Shown: positions 28,473 to 43,139 of the stretch, piece after piece
Position numbering within the stretch: the stretch's first letter is position 1
How the letters are laid out: the number at the start of each line of letters is the position of its first letter
Source: Hormiphora californensis
Lineage: Eukaryota > Animalia > Ctenophora
Direction of reading: 5' to 3'
Assembly: GCA_020137815.1 (NCBI GenBank)
Contig: CM035350.1
Span: 7,316,001 to 7,380,000 of the forward strand
DNA: 64,000 nucleotides
Program-made: the position numbers and the translations under genes
Notes under the pieces: generated by a model
Told to the model about the DNA's origin: nothing
Databases searched by the model: none
The model's input: only the letters and a program-made list of their open reading frames with translations

Positions 28473-28745
28473 AGTGAGGAGAATGGAAAAGAGACTGACG
28501 AAAAATAAAGAGAGAGATATCAATGTTGATTATTGACTAGTTTTTATCTAATCAGATCCTTTTACGAAGACAATATAGCCAGAAAGAGGTGTATCATATC
28601 TTTAGATAGTTTGTAGAGTGAAGATTTATCAACTGAAATCATTGAAGGGTAGAGTTTTTTATTCGAATGATATGTGGGCAAGTAATGCCTGGATATTTCG
28701 TGTGTAGATTGAGTGATCAGACAATATTTAGTTAAGCGAGAGTGG

Positions 28746-28830
<85 letters not shown>

Positions 28831-29054
28831 TGTGTGGATGCATGTAAGGAACAAGTTTTACTGTATTTCACATATACTTTGTACAAAATCCCTTGTATAT
28901 GCCTTTGTCCACCGCCCATTAAGATAAGAAGGACGATACAACATATTTGGGTTAAAAGCTAAAAGTAAAAGAAGAAACAATTTTAAAAACCCATTCCTAC
29001 CAGTACAAAAATTTCTACAACTTTTCTGTTTTTCTCCCTCACTCACTATCTCTC

Positions 29055-31488
29055 TCAATCGTCCACTTCATCCAGTATTGTGTATCTGGCAGAACCGCCC
29101 TTCCCACTTGTTGACTCACTCAGCAACTTTTCGCTGTCTCTCAGTGTCTCTTCCTGCGGGGCTGCATCCCCCTTCTTGCCAGGTCGACCCACCAATATCA
29201 CTGTTAGCACAGCCGCCACAATGAGTGCTGATCCAATGAGACCGTACTGGTTGGGGGTGTCTCGGAAGATGGCAACTTGGAACACCAGGGGTAGGACGAT
29301 GTCAAAATATTTCAGGAGGGACGCTTTAGCAGGCTTACCGAACCTAAATTATAGGTGGTTTAGTTGGAGTTATAGGGTTAGTTCAATGGGGATACTAGGG
29401 AAACAATCAGGGTGGGTGGTGTTATACTACGTGATTATATCTTCACACACGGTTCGTATTTTGTGAGACAAGTCACAAGGTGAGTGGAAGGTTACAAAAT
29501 GGGGAACAGGGTAGTAGTGGTGGTGGTAATACCCTACATCTACCGTTGTACTGTGTATTACCTCATAGCAGTACAGACACACAATTGTTGTAGGAGGTAG
29601 GATACAGACATCAACGAGATGTAGACACCATTCTGAGGAGGGAGAGAGAGGGTTAACTGGGGGGTTAACTGGGGGTTAACTAGGGAGAGAGGGAGGGGTT
29701 AACTAGGGGGTTAACTGGGGGGTTAACTAGGGGGTTAACTAGGGGGTTAACTGGGGAGAGAGGGAGGGGTTAACTAGGGGGTTAACTAGGGGGTTAACTG
29801 GGGGGTTAACTAGGGGGTTAACTGGGGGTTAACTGGGGGTTAACTAGGGGTTAACTAGGGGGTTAACTGGGGGGTTAACTAGGGGGTTAACTGGGGGGTT
29901 AACTAGGGGGTTAACTAGGGGGTTAACTGGGGGGTTAACTAGGGGGTTAACTGGGGGGGTAACTGGGGGGTTAACTAGGGGGTTAACTGGGGGTTAACTA
30001 GGGGGTTAACTGGGGGGTTAACAGGGGTATTTGGATCAACTTCTTACTTCGGTATGGTGCCCCCTACCCATTTTTAGCGCCCTGGCCAACACGGGGTCTG
30101 ATAGCCCCAGATATGTGAGAACTAGGGTTATGTGAGGGGGTGAGGGGTGCGACGTGCCCAAGAACTAGGGAGTCTACCGTCACAACCCCACAGATGAAGG
30201 GGTATGAAGAGGGGATATAGTCGGGATACTCACCAGAGTTGTGAGTGGTTGCAGGATTGGTTCTGCGCCCCCAGTTGACACACACTTTATAATGTTGAAT
30301 GTACTGATGCTCAGTAATCCCATCAGAGACAGATACACCACGATCACATGGGTCTCAATCTGAGAATCCGTCACGCTGACCGCCACATACTTTGCCGCTT
30401 TGAAGAACCCTCGACAAAGTGCTATAAATATCGCTATGTAATACACAACATGCTGACTTGTATTTGTATTGTCTGTTTCCCCGATATCAAATATAAAGTC
30501 TGGCTGGGCCACAAAGATCACACCCGCGGTGGCAACTAGGAGGGCGATGTAGTCGCACAGGACCAGCCTCTCTCCCAGGATTAGGGACGATAGTATCACC
30601 GTAAAGAAGGGTGCCGTGGTGAGGAGTAACGTTCCTTCTCCTATCGGTAGATGCCTGTAGTGGGGGGGGGGGGGGTGTCAAATACAGCAATGGGGAGTAA
30701 AGAGACTGAAGAAAGGAGGCCTGCTAGGATATAACAGATTCTCTAAATTATAGAAAAGGAGATTGATCTGTCAGAATTGGCCTGGCGGAGCTCGCGCGAA
30801 CTGTGCCTGTGGTCAGATCATTGGCCTGACAGAGACTGATTACCTCAGCCTCCAAACTCACCTCAGTGCAAATACAGTGCAGGAGGCGGTGATGGTGCCA
30901 AAAAGGGCGGTTAACATGAGACTCCTGCTCACTTTGAGCACTGCACTCGGGGTCTCTGTTATCTGGTTGTAGAGTACACCCAGGATAAATGTTATGAAGA
31001 ATCTCCACCATAGTATCTCATTTACAGGCATATCTTGTATAAAATCTGGGCAGGGGTTAGGGGTGTTACAGGGATATCTTGTATAAAATCTGGGGAGGGT
31101 TAGGGGTGTTACAGGCATATCTTGTATAAAATCTGGGGAGGGTTAGGGGTGTTACAGGCATATCTTGTATAAAATCTGGGGAGGGGTTAGGGGTGTTACA
31201 GGGACATTTGAGGGTGGGGATTAAACTGACGGAGGGGATCGGTGATCGACGCGAGTTTTGTATGATCATACAAAACTCGCGTCATATATGACTGTCAGTT
31301 AAAATGTTACCCGCCACATTGAGACAAGGATTTCAAATCCGATCTGTATAGCCCTGCATTTTAAACGAACCTGTAAAAAGGGAACAAAGGGAGAAGAACA
31401 AACATGAGGTGATGATTATTCCGTAGCATTTGAAATCACTAGACATCCAGGAACCACCCTTTATATCTTTATCCTCCTGCACACCCAT
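29055..31488 (-). CDS. EamA/DMT family transporter, SLC35G-like; multi-exon
   Basis: Many TM segments, LPIGEGTLL..APFFTVILSSLILGERL, GVIFVAQPDFIF, FQVAIFRDTP..LIGSALI. Confidence 0.8.
29648..30022. repeat. Intronic minisatellite (GGGGGTTAACT[A/G])n
   Basis: Tandem 11-13 bp units. Confidence 0.9.
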
Positions 31489-31760
31489 GTTACACCTGGA
31501 GCAGGCAGCAGCGGCTCCTTTTAGGGAGGGGTGGGGGTAAAAATTAAGATGTCAGAATATTATTATAACTACATGTTATAGTACATATGGTGTAGTCGAA
31601 CTATAGAAGGGATGACAAGAAAGAAACTCGCCGCAAATAAAAGTTCGATAGAACAAAGCAAAGTGTGGGGGTGCGGGCGAGCGAAGTAGTCCATATTGTA
31701 AAATATATATAAAATATATCAAGAGGTCCTTTGTGAATAAATAGGGCAGCATTCCCTATA

Positions 31761-31858
31761 ACGTACAAAAGGGACGTGAAAAGGGGGATTGAGTTGTTTG
31801 ACACTGTACGGTACAGTGTCAAGCCACTCAATCCCCCATTTAACGTCCCTTTTGTACG
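31761..31858. repeat. Imperfect palindrome (MITE-like)
   Basis: CGTACAAAAGGGACGT...ACGTCCCTTTTGTACG. Confidence 0.65.
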
Positions 31859-32437
31859 GTACAGTGTACCGCACGGTACACGTTTGTCATGTTGACATGA
31901 GAGCTAAAGTGAAAACAGACATCTGGTCTTGAAACCAGAGGAATCTCGATACCCCCATGAAGATTGTGCGATGAAAAACAGACAATGACAGGACCCTCAT
32001 ATAGCAAGTGGGCTCCAGATAGAACAATAGTCCGAAATAAGGGAGGAATAAGAAACAGACAGGGTCTAGATCTCCTGACAAAGCAACCTTTGAATCACGA
32101 TATCTACCTATATGAGGCCAGTCAGGCATCACGATAATATTATCCCTTGCTTCGAGCTAGTGGTCAGGCATTATGCTGACAGAATTAGGCCGAGTTCGAA
32201 AAAGAAGGAATTGAATCAAACTAAGCCCTGTTAGACCGATGTCAGGATTGGCCCTCATGGGGACATAATAACTGACCAGCAGCCGGCAAGATGGCCTCTC
32301 TGTGAGGTCAATGCTCTGACAGTGGCCTCTCAGCTGTGTCCTACTCACAGAGCTGTCAATATTTTACACCTAATTTATGGCATATAATGTACATACATTC
32401 ATTCTGTGAGGGACAGAGAGAAGGGGAGAGAGAGAAG

Positions 32438-32480
<43 letters not shown>

Positions 32481-34502
32481 TAAGTGAGTAGCGAAACGCC
32501 TTATGAGGAAGCCTATTACATCGGAATATGTAGAGAAATCCATTAGGGAGAATTTGGGAAGTATCATTCTGAGTATGTGACACTGACGGTGATGGCCAGA
32601 GAAGGAGCCATATCATAATGATGATAGAAAAATACAAAATGGCTCCCCATTGTCAGAGCATTGGCCTGACCCATTCTCGCGGAGCGCGCGAGAACTGTGG
32701 TCAGAGCATTGGCCTGACAGTCTCCCCATGTTGATGATGCTCTAACTTTGGATAAATTTACGAGGACGGGAGGTTTATCAACCGATATAATTCTACTTTT
32801 CTCCCCTACAAATATCAGGGTGATTACTACAAGTCTGATCGGTCTTATATGGACACGCGGTGCACACCTCTAATACTAATACAGAACTAGCAGTCGTCCT
32901 AAAACAACAAACTAGGGTATCGAGATAATGGTTATTATGAATGGAACGGCTTTGCAGGTAATCTGTCTACCTTGACTTGGTCACGATTCACACCTAAAGA
33001 CACAGGGCCGGGGCTACTATAAATAAAGACCCGTCTTGTTAGTAGTAACGGGGAGTAACTTCAAGTCACGGCTTTCATACTTATTACCATGGTAACCTAG
33101 CAGTATTGACTATTGACTCAATATAGTATTGAGTCTACGACAGTAACCTATCAGCATTGTCAGAAATCAGCCAATGTGTATAATAGCAGTCCTAATTATG
33201 GGCATTCTGGAGTGAGGTTTGGTAGACGTAACAAGTCAAGTCGTCATATGTTTAGGCTACTATTTAATTAAAACAAATAGCTGGTTTTACAAACATTAAA
33301 TTTATTTAAAAACTATATTGACGTAAACTAGTAAGGTTGTTTTATATTAAAATATTCAATGAGAATACAGTTGTCGTGCCACATACAGTTTATCAAACTC
33401 CATTCCATTTTTCTGAAAGCGGTGAAACGGGGTAGAGCACTAGGTAAGTACGTCCTGCACAAGCACACCCACCGTGCGAAAACCGCGACACATTGAATAA
33501 AAACTAAAATACGCAATACCGTGGAATACCGTGGCTAGATGCCGTCATGCATCCATATGGAGGAATGTTTATTAATTTCTTTATGTATCCCTCTTTTTCT
33601 CTCTCCCCTCTCTCTCTTCCTGTCTACCTGCCTGTGTCTAGCTGTCTGTCTCGCTGTCTATATGTTTCACGCCCAACCCCCCACATCAGTTCTGTAAGCC
33701 TTTCCGCCGTGTGGCGTGTGTTAGACTCTCAGTCTAACAGAATAATCACTATGTCACTGGTATGATATGAATCGGTAAGCTAATTCGCACCCCAAGGCTC
33801 CCTTGTTATTCGAATATTCACGTCCCACGCTCTGACACCTATGTGTATCGAACAGCAATACATACTATGTGATTGAGATTATGAGAATCATACATTTTGT
33901 CATTATATATATAGTCATAGGATATAAACTGATCCCTATAGTGCCAGAAGGGTCAGCGCGATCTTAGTTCATCACCACTTTAACTAAAACTATTCTTTGA
34001 GAATACCTAGATCTATTCGGGGAAAATAGTACTAGTATCATTTTCCCCGAAAAGATCCCCTATTAGATCAAAGAAATGGAGAATAAAAGATCTTAAATTC
34101 AATATAGTAAAAATCGTTTAAAATAATTTTCAGAAAATTGACCCTTTGAACATATAAAAGCTATGGATAAGATTCTGATGTGGCCAGCTACCCCTTGCAT
34201 TGCTAGTCCTAGTGCACCTGGTATTTATACGGTCCAATCGCCATACGTCTCGTTAGGTCTAAATTCAGAGAGATATATGGTAAAATTAAAAATCGAAAAT
34301 GGGGATCCTGTGGGAGAGATAGAGGAAGAGAGAGAGAGAGAGAGAGAAAGAAGGAGAGAGACAGAGATATTATAGATAGAGAGGAGCAGTGGGGCCCGCA
34401 GCTGCCTGGTTGACATAAACGCGTAGATTCCCAATATCCAGCACTACCCGGACTAATTCTGTGCTCCTCTCCACTCTGTGGTTCACGTGGCAGGAGAGAG
34501 AA

Positions 34503-34564
<62 letters not shown>

Positions 34565-34695
34565 CGAGAGAGATAGTCATAGGGAAAGAGATAAAAAATG
34601 GGTGTGGATGAAAATTATTTACAGCTGCCTTTGCCAGATTGCAGTAGCTCTTAACTCTAGGCTTCATTGCGATGTCTGTGAAAGAACTCATTCTA

Positions 34696-34765
34696 ATCAA
34701 ATGGAGGAGTCACCCACGCAGTACCAATTATAATTGATACTGCGTGGGTGACTCCTCCATTTGAT
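34696..34765. repeat. About 70-bp near-perfect palindrome
   Basis: ATCAAATGGAGGAGTCACCCACGCAGTA / TACTGCGTGGGTGACTCCTCCATTTGAT. Confidence 0.8.
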
Positions 34766-35683
34766 AAATACGTCCTGGGTACCGGGTACCCAAAGGCCAA
34801 ATGAGTAAGCTACCAACATGTGCTAGACATAGTAAATGAAACACTGCGGTTTAATTTTGCAACCGCTTTAAACACTCTCCTCCCCAATTCGACCCTCTCT
34901 AATCAAGAGCAAAGGTTTACTCCTGATGAGCTGCACGATTTGATAGGAAGAGGAATGAATGTTCCTGATATGAATGTTGAGGCCTTTGCTAGCAGGAAGT
35001 ACACGAAGAACAATTTAGCGTATTATTAATTTGTGGAAGTCATTCCCCTTGGGTAGTAGCTGAGACCGTCAACTACCACGGTTGAAGATGAACAGCCTAC
35101 TATGCAGAAGCTAGCTGATGCCCACCGAAAGATCATTGATCTTCAGGATCAAGTCATTGTGATCAAAAATCACATCGTATCTCCTCGCTCTGCTAACAGA
35201 GCGAGATAACGGGTTAGCAAGATGCCTGGCAGCCTGATAAGCCTCAACTTGAAAACTTTAATACCATATGAGCGGATATCTAGGGAGTAAGTACTAAATG
35301 AGGTGCACTACTAGATCAATTAGTTCCATTTCACAACATCATATTACTGGCCTATACTGGGAGACAGATGGCAGGTGCAAGACAAGTAATGTAGCCCTTC
35401 CACTGGAAGTTCCAGTACATTTCCAAACGTGTCTTTTGCGTGGTGATTGAATAAACACCTATACCGCAAATACAGGGGAAAAGTATACTCAAAACCACTG
35501 AGAAACCACTCAGATTCAGTTCTCTATCTCTGTGGATATTTAACCTCTTTCTCTCTATCTTTCTATCTTTCTATCTTTCTATCTTTCTATCTTTCTATCT
35601 CTCGCATTCTAGCTTTTAGCCACTGTCTCCCTCGCATACAAACACGGGCAAAACTAATAACGTCTATTGTAGCTAGAGTGGTG

Positions 35684-35763
<80 letters not shown>

Positions 35764-36311
35764 TGAAAATGTAAGTAATAGTATGTATTTAAAGGCAGAA
35801 CTAGGGAGAATCACACTGCGATTCTAGGGAACAAGCTGATGTGATTGTACCCTACCAACTTGTTATGTGCAAGGGAAGGAACTAAATACTTTTATGTTAT
35901 GAGGAGAGGGGCAGACGAGGGCGATAGAAATAAAGACCTTGGGGAGCAGGCGCCCACCCCGTTTTGATTCTCCCGAATCAGATCTGGTGGGCGCTGCCAA
36001 ACAACTCCAATCAATGAATCCATGTATTGATCAATCCGAGCGTTGCGAATTATTTGGTAACCAAGGTAACCATGGTACCCCCACCAGATAAGAAAACTAA
36101 AAAACATTGGTTCATTACAAAAAATCTCGGAGAATTATTACAATTGTAAACAGAACATATACACAGATTTATTTAACTCTCAGTAGAACGGAAAGAGTTG
36201 TGAGGGCATGCTGGGCCCCCCTGTGTAGAAAAAAAAAAAAAAAAAAAAACAAAAGGAGAAAAAGGGGAAAGGGGGAAAAGGTGGTGATCCCTTGTGTGTA
36301 CGCCCAGTTTT

Positions 36312-38517
36312 ATGTCAGGTAAATGATGGGTCCATTGTCAACTACTTTCGTAATCAACTGCTATCCTTACCAGCCCCTACTTCTGTTACAGCCCTTCTCT
36401 CCAACAAAACCCAGCTGTCCCCTAATTCTTGTTACGAGCTGGATGCAGTGTGGCTCCCTCTCACAGTAAATTGTTGTAAAATAGACCATTCTAACCCCAG
36501 TTGCCTTGCTCTAAACTAAACCCTCTCTCAGCCCCCTTTCCCGTACCCCTATACTAACCAAACAAAAAAAAAACGCCCTCCTACACATTACCAACAGGCG
36601 GAGATTTAGTGTGGTTGGACATTGATGAGAGCAGTCTCGGTAACTGGATCTTTGCTGGGCCCAACGGTACTCAATAACCTACGGAACTGTCAACATACTA
36701 TTGAAACATGGGCTGACCGAGGTGATAGATAGAGAGAGTAGAAGAGAGAAGAGAGAGATAGAGAGAGAGTAGTATATAGAGAAAGAGTAGAGATTCTATA
36801 GCTCCGAGACGCTCTCTCTCTCTCTTCCTCTCGCTGTCGCCTCTCTCTCTATCATCTCTTTCTCCCATTGCTCTCATTCCCCATCTAACTTCTCTCTCTC
36901 GCTCCCTCTCTCGCAGCTTCGCTCTACTTTCTCGCTTTCATTCTTCCTCTCTCGCTCTCTCTCTCTCTCTCTTCCTCTTCCTCATCTCGCGTGTCTTCTT
37001 TATCTACTCTCAATCCTTTATTATTATCAATAGCTATCTGCGTCAGCATCTCTCTCTTCTCTCTCTCTCTCTCTCCCCTTCTTCCTTCTTCCTCCGCTCC
37101 ATCCCTCCTTCGATTTCTCTCCCTTCCCGCTCTCACCATTATCGATGAACTGTCATTATCGACAAGATTCAGGATCTATACCAGTAGGCAAAATAACCGA
37201 AGTGCTTCTACCCCCTCTAATTATCATAATACAACGAAACCTTGGTATCGAAGACACCTCACACTCTGGTTAAGGTAGCGGAAGCGCTTACCATATTTTC
37301 TTACCGCTCCCAAACCGTCTACTGAGCACTGACAGTTGTAGTTCTATATCCTAACCTACATAGTTCTAAGCCTACGGGGTTTGAGGCGCGCGCACGAGGG
37401 CACACCGATACCAAATCTCGTTACTTTCGCTGATTCTTTGACACAACAAGTATTGCAGAGCGGCCAATACAGCTGGCGGTTTCAAAACTTCGTCCGTATT
37501 CGGAGGGATAGATTAGCAGTTCAGTGTTTCAAACCAGGTTTAATTTGGCAAAGTAGAAGCTGAGTTACAACATGTTTTGTACAAATGGTTCAACTTCAAG
37601 ACCTTTTTAATTTTGATGGCCAGACCTTTGAAGATAGAAACTTCAAACTTTGCCACGATCTTTGATATACCTGACCTACTTTTTCAAAAATTTTTTTCAT
37701 CATTAACACCTAAAACTGATTTCAAAACCAAGGTTCCGGGGATAATTTTTCAAATATGAGTACAGAATTATAATTTTCAGACAATTTGGTGGGGAATACC
37801 AAAATTTGGTGCATTTTCATCGAGTGGTTGAGGAGCTATTAATTTTTGAAGTGAATCAAAGCGGGTTTGTTACCCCTAACTCAGGCCGCATCGCGGCCTT
37901 CGTTTGGTGCGCTTTGCGCGCCGGCAAGGAAGGGGTAACTTCGTTACCAAAACGAAAACCAGCTGCTGTTGCACCACCACAGATGTTTAGGTGTGCAACT
38001 AAACATATCTCTAAATTGCTCGACCCTCTCTAAAAAGTTTCACATTCTCTGTTTCACAACGTAATTATACAGCTGTATATTCTCTGTTTCTTTCTAGGTA
38101 CGACCAGTTGTTCTACCTGTCAGAAAAGTTAATGAAAGGTATGGGAGTGACGATTGGGCAGAGGAAACGAATCATGTTGGCTGTCAATTGTGTAAATGAA
38201 GGTACCACTTTCCGCTAATGCACTTCCGTCGGTACTATAATTCTGGTGACGCATATATCTTCCACTTTCCAATCTTTCTGAATTCAATTGCCAGATAAAT
38301 TTCCCACCCTCATGTTAAGGCAGGACCCCCATCTCTACACAATATGTTAAGTCTGGACCCCCATCTCTCACAGGTGATGTCTGGAGAGCATTCTTCAAGA
38401 CGGTGCCGGCAGTTGAGGATAGGCCCACAGCGATGGATATGATAGACACTAGCATGCACACCAAGACACTGTGTAGGAATGTTAGTATGAAGGAGAAGCT
38501 GGTGAAAATACTCTGAG
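36312..38517 (+). CDS. Probable SAM-domain protein gene; exon structure uncertain
   Basis: Exon at ~38099-38201 encodes YDQLFYLSEKLMKGMGVTIGQRKRIMLAV (SAM C-terminal helices); flanking exons do not join cleanly in frame. Confidence 0.4.
37242..37950. mobile_element. Non-autonomous DNA transposon, 12-bp TIR, ~9-bp TSD (Mutator/Merlin-like)
   Basis: TTGGTATCGAAG...CTTCGTTACCAA flanked by AACGAAACC / AACGAAAACC; deleted copy at 58560. Confidence 0.75.
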
Positions 38518-38815
38518 ATAAGTACCGGCCCTGGGGGGGGGGGGGTCCAGGGTACCTTTAGCTTTTTTAGGGCTGGACCCCCCCCCCCCAGCCCTACATA
38601 ATATAACTTATAAGGTTCAAAGTTACTTTTTCATGCGACTCATGTACATGAGAAAGCCGGGAAACGAGAAAGATTGAGAGAAAGACTTGATAAAGATTGA
38701 GAGAAAGACTTGATAAAGATTGAGAGAAAGACTTGAGAAAGATTGAGAGAAATACTTGGAATCTTGTGTGTTATTGTGAACTGTATTACACCATTAAAAC
38801 TGTATTCGCTCTTAC

Positions 38816-40003
38816 CGGTGCAAGGAGAGGTTTCAAGTGAGGGTTGAGGTGGGACTTTACGGAGTTAGACAGTGCCGATACCGCTCTAAATGTCCCCTCG
38901 ACAACCTTTTTATCGGTAGACAACTGAAAAGGAAGGACGAGTTAGGGAACACAAAACGATGAGTTGTCGCCCCATGTTTCCATGGTGCCCCCCATGGTGC
39001 CCCATGTTTCCATGGTAACGAATAGGGTATAGTAAAAGGAACATAAAAACAAACTGTACTGTACAGTGCTAATACTGTAACTTCAGGGGAAAGATAGCAA
39101 AATCGTATCATATATCCGACTCATAAAATTCAAACAATTAATAATTATTGACCCTCTTTACAAAGCTCATTCCCAAACACATACCCGCCTGGCATTGTAG
39201 CTCTAATCACACCACACTAGAGGAATGCACTCACCATTGCCATTTTAACGGGAGGTATTAGCCGTGTCAGAATGGGTAACACCTTGTCTACCGATCCAGT
39301 CAGCTCACACAGCTCTATAAAAGCTTCACGTGCCACGAACGTGTACGGGTGTTGAGTTTCTTTGAGGCCCTGGGATTGGGGATGGGGTTTGTTAGTTAGT
39401 GGAGACCCTGGCAGTGGGGTAGGTGGGAGTGGACGGGGTTAGCTGGAACTTGTTGAGTGAAGGGGAAGCACAACAAGCTGGGACAGGAGCGAGTTGTTGA
39501 TTCTACACTGAGGCTGTGTGGTGGGGTGTGTCATGGTGGACCCAAATAGTACAATTTCATGAACTGCTTCCATTCACAAAACTGTGTTCTACTAACCTCA
39601 GCTAGGTGTATAAGAAGGGGGTCGTAAGAGAGTCTTTCCGGTGGTTGGCTCCATGTTAGACGGTGTGTCACGCTCCCGTGACTCAGCTTGCATGGTATAG
39701 CACCGTTATTATAGAGATTCCCAAACACACTTTGTCCGGATCGGTTAAACTGTAGCGGACCTACACGTTAGACAAGCTGCTAATACACTTGTTGTTGGGT
39801 GGACAAATTGGACAATACGGGGTGTAAGATTGCTAACCCTGTGTATTTAGGTGAAAACATTGAGAAACTAGACAGGGGTGGGGTGAGACTCACCTGATTA
39901 ACTGTTTTGGGGTTGAGTCGGTCAGATGGTTTTCCTCCCCCTGGTTTAGACATCTTGCTAGGAGGGACTGATTGTTGAAAGAGAGGGATTGAGACTTTGA
40001 CAT
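38816..40003 (-). CDS. PACRGL: PACRG-like protein; last exon(s) not located
   Basis: [66 protein letters not shown]. Confidence 0.85.
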
Positions 40004-40295
40004 CTTGTTAGGAGGGGACGATGGGGGAGGGATTGGGACGGTGGTTTGGGAGTTGAAGTTGGACTGGTAATTAATCAGACCTCAAGATTAATTGGAAGAA
40101 AACAAAATGAACAAAGAATATAATAGAACAGCAACTAGCCAGTGTCCACTGTCCAGACACAACAACCATGATAAAATAACTCCGTGTTGTGAGTATGCGC
40201 TCACCGAAACACTAAACTAACACCCCCAATACCCATTATTATGATTGAATTGTTCTGTACGTGATCTGAATTGAAATGTACGTGATCAAATATAT

Positions 40296-42810
40296 TTAGT
40301 ACATGATCATGAAATGAAGCTCAGTAGATTTCTCGACTGTGCTCCTCAGCTTAGCCAGATCCATTGTTGCTGAAACAGGGAAGCTAGGAAGGAGCCTCTC
40401 TCCATCATACATCACCAGATACCCACCAGTACCGGAGCAGGTCCTCACTCCCCTCTTTTTACCCGCAGGGGGGCCCTGAGGACCCCTTACAGTAATTACA
40501 GGTGCCTCAGGGTTCTTCTTATCAAGTGTTATCACATGTCCAGATGATTTAGTTGTGAGCACAAAGTTCTTCAATAGGTATATATCAGTGGGGGCCCGGT
40601 GTTGGGATATATTAGCACGTCTGGGTGTGCTGTGTGCAGGGTGTCTGATGCACTTTGTGTCGTTAGACATGTGACCCGCACGTGCCCGTGCATAGGGAAC
40701 TAAGACACTCTTTACGTAGGGGATGGGCAGGTTGATGACGCAAATCAGGGAGATGAGATCAGTAACAGTATCAGTATCGTAGGCATGAGCATCACACCAC
40801 CTCATTACAGCCTCAGCCACCAAGACCTCAAACCTCCCTGCCTCCACATGACATATCAGGGCCTTGACCACATGTCCAGGTAGGTCTTCCCACCTCACCT
40901 GGTGCATTCTTGTGATGATATCTTCGGATAGATACTGAGCACAGAGCACTGCTACGTTCTGGTGCTGTGTCACTACATAAGCCTGGACTACAGAGTTGAT
41001 ATTGTCAGCACAGAGCAGCCTGTTATCAGAAATGTACTCGACAAAACACTGCTTAGTGCTGGCTCCTGCCCGAGGGAATGTCTCTCTCAGCACCCTCACC
41101 AACTCATCAGAGTTACAGGGAGAGGAGGAGGAGGGGTTACCATTAGATAAGGGGTTCTGGACGGCGTCTACAATCATGTTTAACAGTGCCTCATCCTCGG
41201 GGCCAGGAGAGGGTCCTGTGGTGGAGAGGCCGTTAACTCTTCTCAGTAGGTCTATCTTGCTCTTATCGTCCAATCCTGTTGTGTTCACTATCCTGTTGAT
41301 CACACTAGTGGAGAGATCCTCTTTGCTACAGGGGAGGGTTACAATGACCAGGAGAAACCGACCATCACAGATAGTTTGGGGAAGGGATTGATTAAAACGT
41401 TTATTTTATGAAAAATGTACCTTATGAGATAGAAACGTGTTTTAGCGATGAGCCGTTGGAACTCCTCGACTCTCCCCTCTGTATCAGCATCGTACCACGC
41501 ACACACCAGTTCAAATATCTAGAGAAGGATGTTTTGAGGTTAAAAAATAACTTTTTTAGAACGCAACATTTTCTTTTTTCCGGATCTGTGAAAGTCCCTC
41601 GATAAAGAACGGAGAGGGGAGGACGGTCATGAGCCAGCTGTGACACATTTACTGTAACCGCTACCCCATGTGCAACTGTAAATATCAATATGTTCAGGTT
41701 CATAATAATCTGCAAATACCTCTATCTCAGTAACGTTGACGTCATTGTGTGAGGTAATCGCCTCCACACACCTCACATCCAGACTGCCCACCTCACCACT
41801 GAGGTGGAGAGATTTGAGAAGGGGGGAAGTCAGCTTCATCAGACACAGCGAGGTGAGATCCCGACATTGGATAGACAGGGCAAACCTAGGGGAGAGTGGG
41901 ATGGGCGTTACAGTCCGTCATACAGCTTTATAACACTCTTCCTGAAACCAGAGAGCAATTTCAAATTGACCGAACAGGGTGGACGACTATTAGTGCCTCT
42001 ACTGACTCACTGGAGGTAGTCAATAAAAAGAGTGGGTATTTCCTCTCCAAAGAGTGTCAGTGCCATATCCTTTATCCAGGTGACTGAGTAACTCTTGGCA
42101 AACTTGTATACCACCTTTAGGTCTCTGAGAAGAAATCAGGGGCTGGTTTGTTGAGTAAGGGGTGGTGCGAACTGTAAATGTTACAGAAAAAGGGGTGGTA
42201 GGAGCAAGGTACTGGTAGGGAATAGGTTAGTAATCCAGGTTATCTATTGAGGGTAAACAGCTCAGGCAATGATTTCCTAGGCAATACCTATTGATGGTAA
42301 CCATGGTTACCTAGTCAATATCTATTGATAGTAACCATAGTTACCTAGTCAATACCTATTAAGATTGAGTGTTCCAGTATAGAAGGAATGGATGATGTTC
42401 TTGATGGTAGCTGCGTGATCTGAGTACTCCATCAAATCAACAACCAGTCTGTCCTGCAGTGTGTACAATGAGGGGTGTAATCACTGCGCTGGAAAGCACA
42501 AAGAAAAGACTCTAAAACTCTCCCTCTTACCTGAGCTCGATGTCCCCCGCCACACAGTCCCACACTGTTCAACTCCAAAACAACAACATGCGAATACACC
42601 TCAACCCCGTTACCAAGCAGCACCACTGCATCTGAATTCTCTCGGCAGTTAAACAGGGTCCCAAGATGTGAACACTAGGTGGGCACGCCACTTCTCCCGC
42701 GCATTTTGTGTCGCCTTAGCAACTGCCGCCTTAGGAACACCCACAACTTGGGTCTGGGTGACTTTGGGCACCAGGGAGGATGTTTTGGGGTGTTTTCTAG
42801 CAGTTAGCAT
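40296..42810 (-). CDS. Divergent BTB/BACK-type protein, with apparent frameshifts
   Basis: SDAVVLLGNGVEVYSHVVVL, IIHSFYTGTLNL, YKFAKSYSV (BTB); EVLVAEAVMRWCDAH (BACK-like). Confidence 0.55.
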
Positions 42811-43139
42811 GTTGATCTACCCTCTCTCAAAGAAGGATGTTGAAGAACTAACACAAGGGAGCTAATCAGGGGGAATAACGTAATAAATAAGTAACTGTAC
42901 AAAAATGCAACATGCAAAAAAATCTGATCTGTATAAGAGTTTTTACTTGTCATGCTAGTAGTTGAGTGTCTACTTCAAAACAATAAGATAATCTTGGGGG
43001 ACGATCAACATCTCCCTATCTCTCTCTCTCTCTGATAAAATGACAGTAAAATCTGGGGTGGCCGGTCTGGGCACAGCAGATATAGTGCGGGGTGCCCTGC
43101 CAGTCAAGAAAGGGGTGCCAGTGAAAAATCTCCTCCTTT

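Noticed and set aside
34800-35290. Possible retrotransposon ORF1 or coiled-coil gene remnant
   Set aside because: Broken by stops and has no recognisable motif
38761-38775. CTTGTGTGTTA as a third PSE
   Set aside because: Imperfect match, and the expected start falls in a tandem repeat with no snRNA features
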